A stretch of DNA of 42,469 nt from the NCBI GenBank assembly GCA_016930735.1, contig JAFGGF010000109.1, positions 1-42,469 of the forward strand. The letters are read 5' to 3'. A program made the position numbers and the translations under genes. Below are positions 36,526-42,469 of this stretch, one piece after another; position 1 is the stretch's first letter; each line of letters opens with the position of its first letter. Below the pieces are notes generated by a model. The model did not search any database, was not told the origin of the DNA, and saw only the letters and a program-made list of their open reading frames with translations. The stretch is from Prolixibacteraceae bacterium (lineage in GTDB: Bacteria; Bacteroidota; Bacteroidia; Bacteroidales; Prolixibacteraceae).

Positions 36526-36917
36526 GGCAGAACTTTTAAAATTTACATATGTACAGCATATACCAACAGTAAATCTTAAACCTGTTTTTTTAAAATGGTT
36601 TGAGTTTGCATTTACCTGGGTTTTTATCAAATCAATAACCAAATTTATGACAAAAAGCTCAGAAAATCAAATTGATATTGTTTCTTTTTTCAAACTTTTG
36701 TTCATAATGTCAAGAGGCGGAATGTCTATTCTCAAAAAACAAGAGAAGGTTGTTTATAACAGATCAATTAGATATTGCTAGGTTAGCTTTATTATTGCCA
36801 GATGGAAGACATTTTACAGCATATGATGTTCATGGAGTTATTGATTCTGATGGATATGTAACTGTTGTCATTAACTGGCAATTTTTTGAAGAAGATTTAA
36901 CTAATTGTTATTTTAAT

Positions 36918-36946
36918 AGCCTTGGAAATTTCCGGGGCTTTTTTAT
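36918..36946 (+). terminator. Plus-strand rho-independent terminator-like hairpin with no annotated plus-strand gene upstream
   Basis: agccttgg-aaattt-ccggggct forms an 8-bp stem that includes two G-U pairs only when read as plus-strand RNA, followed by tttttt. Read on the minus strand, the two wobbles become C-A mismatches and no U-run follows. Confidence 0.5.
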
Positions 36947-36958
36947 TCTGATTTCTTC

Positions 36959-38629
36959 TCAATTTTTATTCTGAACCATCAGTTTACCTAAACCAAATTC
37001 CCCTACTGAATTTTCCAGTTTAAAAAAGTAGAGACCTGGTTCAAGCCGATTCCTGTTAAAGGTAATGTTATGATTACCTGAAGGTAAATCACCCAACCGG
37101 TCAAACACTACCTGCTGTCCTCCAATGTTAAATACTGACAAGCTGATTTCTGAACTTTTCTTCAGGTTAAACCGGATTGTAGTAGATTCTGAGAATGGAT
37201 TCGGAAAATTTGATACATTCAGGAAATCTTCTTGTTTGTGAATAATTTCAGCTGCAGTATTTATTTTAGACAAACGTAAGTCAACTGTATTAACCGATTT
37301 GGGAGGTACAACCAAAAGGGTGTCGGCAAGGTAATTTGTTGATTTGAAATTTTCATTTTCCGAAGTGGAATAGGAAACAGCTTCTTCAATTTTATAATCC
37401 GGTATATCCAACTGAATTTTAAAAGTATCTGTTTCAGAACGATTAATTACAACAAACGATGCAGAATCGGAAGAATTACTGATAAATGCAGCCGATTTCA
37501 GGTTATTATTTATACTAGTTGTACCAATACGTTTCCAGTCTGGATGAATAAATGCTGAATAATGTTTGAATACATAAAAAAACTTTGTGCGCCTGTATCC
37601 TTTTGTATTGCCCCAGCTGTTTCTGTCCCAGGGATTATCAATACTTACCAGCCCTCCGCCATTGACCCAAACCAGGTCCCAGTATAAAAAAGCAGTTGCA
37701 CTTTCCTCAACCAGGGTTTGATACATCATTGCAGCAACCGAAAACCAATCGGCCCTTGAATATTCGGTTTGGAAATGGGGCACTTCCGGATGGAAATTGC
37801 CCACTGTCCTATAATAGGAGGATGTAAACGGATCGCCCTCCACAGTTCCGCTTTCAGCACCGTGATACAGATGGTGCCCTATTCCGTAGAGTTTTGAAAG
37901 GTCGAGTGCGTTAATATAATTCTGTAAGGTTCCATAACCAATTCCCACACATTCAGGTCCAAGGAAATAAGGGACGCTGTCGCGCTGAGAAACAACATCA
38001 TAAACCGCATCCAACGCCTTGTTATAACCGGCAATGGTATCTGTGGAATTAATTGTCTCTGAAGGCTTCAACAGACACGACTCCCATGAAGCACTGAAAT
38101 CCGGTTCATTTTGAATACCGATGTACCTGGGATAAATTCCGTTGGCATTATAATTATCCAGTGATTCGTTCCACCAGTTGGCAAATGCACCATAATCAAA
38201 TACTACTTTATTTTCCTCAACAGAATATTTGATTGTACCACCGTTAACTCTTTCATTGTTACTTTTTAACGAAGCAGGTGGTCCCCAGGAAGTAACTAAT
38301 ATATCAATAGGATGCCCCAGTTGTATATTAGCCGCGGTGGCAAATTGTTTTACACGCCCGACCATTCCATTATCATAACCATAAGCATTTCTCACCCTGA
38401 GGATATCAAGGCTTAATTCCTTAAAAATAATGTTATAAATTTCATTCCTGTTCGGATGGGCTGTCAGCCAGTTCTCATAAAATGCCAGGGAAGCACCAAA
38501 ACCCGTAATTTCCTGAAAAGTTTCTTTGGTATCTATTTGAATTAGTTTAGTTTCAACCGACTGGGCAAATCCGGTAGAAAATCCTAATAAAGAGAAAATT
38601 ATTATCAGTATAATTTTTTTAACCTGCAT
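36959..38629 (-). CDS. Glycoside hydrolase family 30-like enzyme with a T9SS C-terminal sorting domain
   Basis: GFGASLAFYENW, VTSWGPPASLKSN and YIGIQNEPD (acid/base Glu block) fit GH30. The C-terminal FPNPFSESTTIRFNLKKSSEISLSVFNIGGQQV...GLYFFKLE is a Por_Secre_tail. The ATG at 38629 gives MQVKKIILIIIFSLLGFSTGFAQS. Confidence 0.65.
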   Translation of the reverse strand: MQVKKIILIIIFSLLGFSTGFAQSVETKLIQIDTKETFQEITGFGASLAFYENWLTAHPNRNEIYNIIFKELSLDILRVRNAYGYDNGMVGRVKQFATAANIQLGHPIDILVTSWGPPASLKSNNERVNGGTIKYSVEENKVVFDYGAFANWWNESLDNYNANGIYPRYIGIQNEPDFSASWESCLLKPSETINSTDTIAGYNKALDAVYDVVSQRDSVPYFLGPECVGIGYGTLQNYINALDLSKLYGIGHHLYHGAESGTVEGDPFTSSYYRTVGNFHPEVPHFQTEYSRADWFSVAAMMYQTLVEESATAFLYWDLVWVNGGGLVSIDNPWDRNSWGNTKGYRRTKFFYVFKHYSAFIHPDWKRIGTTSINNNLKSAAFISNSSDSASFVVINRSETDTFKIQLDIPDYKIEEAVSYSTSENENFKSTNYLADTLLVVPPKSVNTVDLRLSKINTAAEIIHKQEDFLNVSNFPNPFSESTTIRFNLKKSSEISLSVFNIGGQQVVFDRLGDLPSGNHNITFNRNRLEPGLYFFKLENSVGEFGLGKLMVQNKN

Positions 38630-38775
38630 CTTCGTTGATTTAAGTTTTACAGTTAATTTCGGATAAAAATAGTATAATTTGCCGGCATTCATCGATTATA
38701 AATTTTTTACAGGAATTTTTTCAATTTTCTTAAAGTTTAAATAATTCACTGCTATTTATAACTAAACTGAACCTT

Positions 38776-39750
38776 ATGAAAGAGCAAACTGAATTTAAAA
38801 ACAGATTTTTCCCCGTCCTTTCCCTGGTATTTATTTCAACCTTTATTCCCGAAATATTAATGGGATCAACTCCGTTAAGCAGGGCAAATGAATGGCCTGT
38901 TGAGTTTGTTTTTTACGGATCGGCTGCACTTCTTATCCGGGAAATGGCTTTCAGGTATAAAACAGGCTGGGTGGGTGTATTCCTGGCTGGAATAGCATTT
39001 GGTTTATTTGAAGAAGGATTTGTGCTTCAATCGATATTTAATCCTGAATTTCTGGGCAATAACCTCACTTTCGGAAGGGTATTTGGTACCAATGTTGTAT
39101 GGGCTCAGTTTATTGTTGGTTACCATGCTATTTTCAGTATAACAATTCCAATCCTTTTTACAGAAATAATTTTTCCGAAACAGAAATTCACACCCTGGCT
39201 TTCAAAAACAGGATTATGGATTTTTACGGTTCTGTTTGTCCTGAGCAGTATTTTTCTTTATCTGGTATTGAATTCTTTTTCCGGATTCAATTCCTTATTT
39301 TTATTAAAACTTATCGTTCTCATTATAATTGCTTTAATTATTTTCCTGACATTTAAGTTTAAGCCAGGCTTTCCTACAGGGAATAATACCATATCTGTTT
39401 CACCAGTTATTTCCGGATTAGCTTCGTTTATTGCCTGTCTTTTATGGTTGGCCGGATTGTATCCTGTTTTTATGGAAACAAAATTTTTACCTCCCTGGTC
39501 GGTTCATCTCGCTGGACTGGCTGTTCTGGTTTTTGCTGTAATTATTGCAAAATCATGGCTTAACCATAAATGGACAAAAATGAACCAGTTTGCATTTATT
39601 TCTGGTGGACTGGTTGCAGGGATGATTCATGGCAGTAATATCGTTTTTCAATCAGGAAACAGAATGGATATTTATTTTCAGATAATCTTTATTACAGTAA
39701 CAGTTTTATTCCTGTCTATTTCAGGTATTAAGATTTGGGAAAGTGAATAA
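38776..39750 (+). CDS. Polytopic inner-membrane protein (~8 TM), function unknown; faint CPBP/YhfC-like intramembrane protease motifs
   Basis: Highly hydrophobic 324-aa ORF. GLFEEGFVLQS (an EE motif on a TM helix), VGYHAIFS and MIHGSNIV loosely resemble the EExxxR / FxxxH / HxxxN pattern, but the Arg is missing. Confidence 0.6.
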   Translation: MKEQTEFKNRFFPVLSLVFISTFIPEILMGSTPLSRANEWPVEFVFYGSAALLIREMAFRYKTGWVGVFLAGIAFGLFEEGFVLQSIFNPEFLGNNLTFGRVFGTNVVWAQFIVGYHAIFSITIPILFTEIIFPKQKFTPWLSKTGLWIFTVLFVLSSIFLYLVLNSFSGFNSLFLLKLIVLIIIALIIFLTFKFKPGFPTGNNTISVSPVISGLASFIACLLWLAGLYPVFMETKFLPPWSVHLAGLAVLVFAVIIAKSWLNHKWTKMNQFAFISGGLVAGMIHGSNIVFQSGNRMDIYFQIIFITVTVLFLSISGIKIWESE

Positions 39751-39885
39751 AATAAAAATAAAATAGTAATGCAATTTCTAATTTAACCTTAAAAATCCCT
39801 GTTAAAAATCAGTAAAATCGTTAACAGAAAATAAAATAATTTTTCTATCTTGTATAACATCATTGGAAACCAAAGGATATACAAA

Positions 39886-40092
39886 GTGGAACTTTCGGCA
39901 AAACGGCTTCAGTTATACGGATTAATAAGGGAATGCCCTATGGGTAAACCACTTTCCGACTGCCCTGTTAATGAATACAGGAACCTTTCGCTTATTGAAC
40001 AATATCAGGTAGCTGAATCCCTCGAATACGAATTACTTTGCAGCATTCTTTTTTATCATGAAGTTTGCCTGTCGTTAAGGGAGACCAGGTAA
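39886..40092 (+). CDS. Small Cys/His protein, paralogue 1 (68 aa from the GTG; 80 aa if the TTG at 39850 is used), family unknown
   Basis: VELSAKRLQLYGLIRECPMGKPLSDCPVNEYRNLSLIEQYQVAESLEYELLCSILFYHEVCLSLRETR. It aligns ungapped with the next ORF from the GTG onward, at 23 of 68 identical positions including C-x8-C and H-x2-C. Confidence 0.6.
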   Translation: MELSAKRLQLYGLIRECPMGKPLSDCPVNEYRNLSLIEQYQVAESLEYELLCSILFYHEVCLSLRETR

Positions 40093-40189
40093 ATTTTCCA
40101 ATTTTCTTAATTAATATTAAGGGAAATCCCTATTTATCAGATAACATTTAAACCCTTACCTTGCCCTTGAATTGGAATGATAAATAAAA

Positions 40190-40447
40190 ATGAAATTAAA
40201 TGACCAGAAACTTTGGTTATTTGGATTAATGCTAGAATGTCCGTTTGGAGTAAGGTCAGAAAATTGTCCGGCAGGTGATTTTCAGAATAATTCTGTTACA
40301 GAAAAACTTGATATCATTGATTCCCTCAACATAGAAAAAATACATATTTTGATTGAGCAACATGAAGCATGTCTTGAACGCAGGGAGAATTTAATGATAC
40401 AAAATTTTCCGAATCAAATTAAAAACGATCAAACAGCTGTTCCATAA
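40190..40447 (+). CDS. Small Cys/His protein, paralogue 2 (85 aa), family unknown
   Basis: MKLNDQKLWLFGLMLECPFGVRSENCPAGDFQNNSVTEKLDIIDSLNIEKIHILIEQHEACLERRENL... It has an ATG start. The conserved Cys/Pro/Gly codons differ from paralogue 1 only at synonymous third positions. The 3' end overlaps the convergent peptidase gene by 29 nt. Confidence 0.65.
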   Translation: MKLNDQKLWLFGLMLECPFGVRSENCPAGDFQNNSVTEKLDIIDSLNIEKIHILIEQHEACLERRENLMIQNFPNQIKNDQTAVP

Positions 40448-41654
40448 TTATGTAGGTGTCGTTCATAATTTTACTCCTCCAGGGTTCAGATGTAGGATAA
40501 TACATTTCAACAAAATTCTCCAATACTTTTAAACTATCCCTTTCTGATTGATAACCAAATCTTTTCCCCTCGTTTTCAAGGATCATATTATGAATTGATT
40601 TTACCGATCCAATAGTAGTCTGCGAATTCAAAGTTCCGTATTCAAATGTCATCGGGAGGTAAAATTTATCAGGGATTAATTTCCCGATATAATCACTGAA
40701 TGAACCATTGATGGTATAAAAGTCGTCTGAATCACCCCAGTCGATCTGATAGCCGGTAAAAATTTCTTCCATCTTCTGTTTCACATTCAAGTCTTCTACC
40801 GGATTTGGGAATAAATGCAAAACACCCCTTGCGCCGTAACCCGTATGCAGGTCGATATTTAATATCGTATCATAATCAGCTGATTTCTCACTTATCACTT
40901 CACCGATTATTGAAAGTTGCGGTTCAAAATTATTTCCTCCGTAATACAGTCCTTCGGGATATTCATATTGACCTTGCAAAACTGCCTGCCTTAAAGCAGA
41001 CATTGATTCCTGCATCAATTTATTTATTGCAACCAACATGAAAAATTTATTTTTCAGGCTGCCTGAAATAACTTTCCCCTTTGGGTTTAACATATCGTAA
41101 AGATCGGTATAACCTGCATTTTCGCTTGAAAACAGTGTCATTTCAGTATCGCAGTTCCGGTTAAAGTCAATATTGTTTTCCGTTACTCTTCTGGTATATT
41201 TAAATCCATAAGGATTGATCCCGTGTATAAATAAAACTCCCAGATCATCCGGCATTCCTGTTTTAAGATACTGGTCGATTATCATCTGCTGAACCGCACT
41301 TCCGACAAAACCTTCAATTCCGTGAACACCTGAAGTTAAGATTAAAAGTTTTTTACTTTCTTTTTGGGCCGGCACGTAACAAAAATCAATTTTTAGAGTT
41401 GAATCAACTCCTGAAGGTACTGCTTTTGAAAAAATTTCAACTTTAAAAAATCTTTCACAACACATATCAGCAGAATTGATAAAAGATTCACGGCAGGATT
41501 CATAAGAATCCTCAAAATATTTCATTTTCGACTGGTCGACTTCGTATTCTACCTTGCCTGGCGAATAGGAATTAAAACTGATATATGTATAACCAAGGAT
41601 ACCAACAATAATTATCAGGATAACAATGCCCAGAATTTTCAGGAACTTTTTCAT
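40419..41654 (-). CDS. Membrane-anchored M14-like zinc carboxypeptidase superfamily protein (DUF2817-type)
   Basis: LLILTSGVHGIEGFVGS (HxxE zinc ligands), LFIHGINPYGFKYTRRVTENNIDFNRN and NIDLHTGYG (third His) fit the DUF2817 branch of M14/succinylglutamate-desuccinylase-like proteins. The ATG at 41654 gives MKKFLKILGIVILIIIVGILG (N-terminal anchor). Confidence 0.7.
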   Translation of the reverse strand: MKKFLKILGIVILIIIVGILGYTYISFNSYSPGKVEYEVDQSKMKYFEDSYESCRESFINSADMCCERFFKVEIFSKAVPSGVDSTLKIDFCYVPAQKESKKLLILTSGVHGIEGFVGSAVQQMIIDQYLKTGMPDDLGVLFIHGINPYGFKYTRRVTENNIDFNRNCDTEMTLFSSENAGYTDLYDMLNPKGKVISGSLKNKFFMLVAINKLMQESMSALRQAVLQGQYEYPEGLYYGGNNFEPQLSIIGEVISEKSADYDTILNIDLHTGYGARGVLHLFPNPVEDLNVKQKMEEIFTGYQIDWGDSDDFYTINGSFSDYIGKLIPDKFYLPMTFEYGTLNSQTTIGSVKSIHNMILENEGKRFGYQSERDSLKVLENFVEMYYPTSEPWRSKIMNDTYIIMEQLFDRF

Positions 41655-41728
41655 AGTTTTTGAATTGAAAGTAATTTCAAAGGTACAATCCTCATAGATC
41701 AAAAACAATTACAATTGACATAAAGCAC

Positions 41729-41755
41729 AAAAAAACCACCCTGAAAAGAGCGGTT
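41729..41755 (-). terminator. Rho-independent terminator after the partial lipoprotein gene
   Basis: The minus strand reads aaccgctc-ttttca-gggtggtt (8-bp stem with two G-U pairs) followed by ttttttt. It begins 26 nt downstream of the stop at 41781. Confidence 0.6.
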
Positions 41756-41780
41756 TCATTAATATTTATTTCATTATATT

Positions 41781-42469
41781 TTACCAGCCACCTAATCCTG
41801 TATGATCTAATCCTTTATAAAGCAAACCATGATCATCAACTCCACTGCCTCCTTGCACTTCCTGAATAATAGCAAATTCTCCCCAAATAACCGGCCCTAT
41901 TTCAACACCATCTGAAGTATACCACACTCCTCCGTCAGCAACTGCATCAGAAGGTGCTGCAACAATCTTGCATTTATATGTATAACCATCCGGCCCACCC
42001 ATTTTTTCAGAATACATTTCCCATGCACCGGAACCGATATAAGAAGGTAATCTATAATGCCTGTCTAAACTTTCATCTCCATGGCAATCAGTATTTGCAA
42101 GCCAGGCATCATTCCATTTCATATCAATTTCATACATCCTGTAAGGCCACGCCCAATGATTTACAACTGCAGGATTTTCTGCGAAGTAAGCATCATCATC
42201 ACCTTCATAAGGTGGAAATCCAGCTGCACCCAAATAAGCATTGACATAAGAACCTTTGAACAAGTGAGCTTGGTAATTGTATCCAAAAATATCGTATCCT
42301 GTTGTTAATGGTTCCCCCGCAAGAAAGTGAGCCGCAGAATAAGTTAAAATACCATCCTGAATTGATACACAGGTATTGGCAACTTCAGTTTTTACTTTTT
42401 TACCTCCTTTGAGCATTACATCATCATCTAAAGCAGAATCAGAACATCCGGCAATAAAAATAATTGCCA
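41781..42469 (-). CDS. Lipoprotein of unknown function; partial, 5' end beyond window end
   Basis: The track ORF starts at 42416, but the frame stays open upstream to the window edge and reads ...AIIFIAGCSDSALDDDVMLKGG. IAGC is a lipobox, so the true start lies outside the window. I recognised no family. Confidence 0.6.
   Translation of the reverse strand, partial: AIIFIAGCSDSALDDDVMLKGGKKVKTEVANTCVSIQDGILTYSAAHFLAGEPLTTGYDIFGYNYQAHLFKGSYVNAYLGAAGFPPYEGDDDAYFAENPAVVNHWAWPYRMYEIDMKWNDAWLANTDCHGDESLDRHYRLPSYIGSGAWEMYSEKMGGPDGYTYKCKIVAAPSDAVADGGVWYTSDGVEIGPVIWGEFAIIQEVQGGSGVDDHGLLYKGLDHTGLGGW

Noticed and set aside
36750-36974. 74-aa TTG-initiated plus-strand ORF in the GH30/FISUMP gap
   Set aside because: It has no ATG, its 3' end reads through the terminator hairpin and overlaps the GH30 stop, and I recognised no motif. 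I kept it only as one possibility under the gap finding.
39751-39885. ctgttaa...ttaacag inverted repeat after the 8-TM gene as a terminator
   Set aside because: It is a 7-bp AT-rich stem with a 15-nt loop, followed by an A-rich rather than U-rich tract. That is too weak to call.
1-42469. Mobile genetic element, prophage or defence island
   Set aside because: I recognised no integrase, transposase, phage structural gene, tRNA attachment site, or known defence gene signature. Examples of what I looked for are restriction-modification, Cas and reverse transcriptase. The composition looks uniform by eye.

Overview
AT-rich chromosomal segment, most likely from a Bacteroidota genome. Supporting signs are a T9SS C-terminal sorting domain, FISUMP and SprB-repeat proteins, many lipoproteins and outer-membrane barrels, and TAnnTTTG-type -7 promoter boxes. 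It is densely coding: I call 34 CDS. Two of them run off the window edges and are missing from the supplied ORF track (1..2654 minus and 41781..42469 minus); I recovered both by hand translation. Several track ORFs start at TTG or GTG upstream of a better ATG with a signal peptide, so I trimmed those starts. Housekeeping genes: obg, adk, hpt, purE, recJ, lysS, a PAP2 phosphatase, a PlsC-like acyltransferase and a HAD hydrolase. Scattered glycan and hexuronate catabolism genes without SusC/D: GH127, GH10, GH29, GH30 with a T9SS tail, uxuA and an SDR. Envelope and signalling proteins include a class III nucleotidyl cyclase and a 5TM-PAS sensor with no output domain. I recognised no rRNA, tRNA, CRISPR array, transposase or integrase. 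The best candidate for something undescribed is at 38.8-42.5 kb. There, two divergent tandem paralogues encode small Cys/His proteins (68 and 85 aa) that I cannot assign to any family. They sit between a polytopic membrane protein and a membrane-anchored M14-like (DUF2817-type) peptidase. Other items worth a second look: a tightly overlapping FISUMP/Ig-like/beta-barrel operon; a membrane-anchored MutS-like ATPase followed by a possible PD-(D/E)xK-like protein; an outer-membrane pair with a degenerate ComEA-like HhH module; two copies of a ~60-70 nt palindromic intergenic element; and a 433-nt gap ending in a plus-strand terminator with no gene to terminate. All functional calls rest on motif recognition by eye. 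No database search was run.
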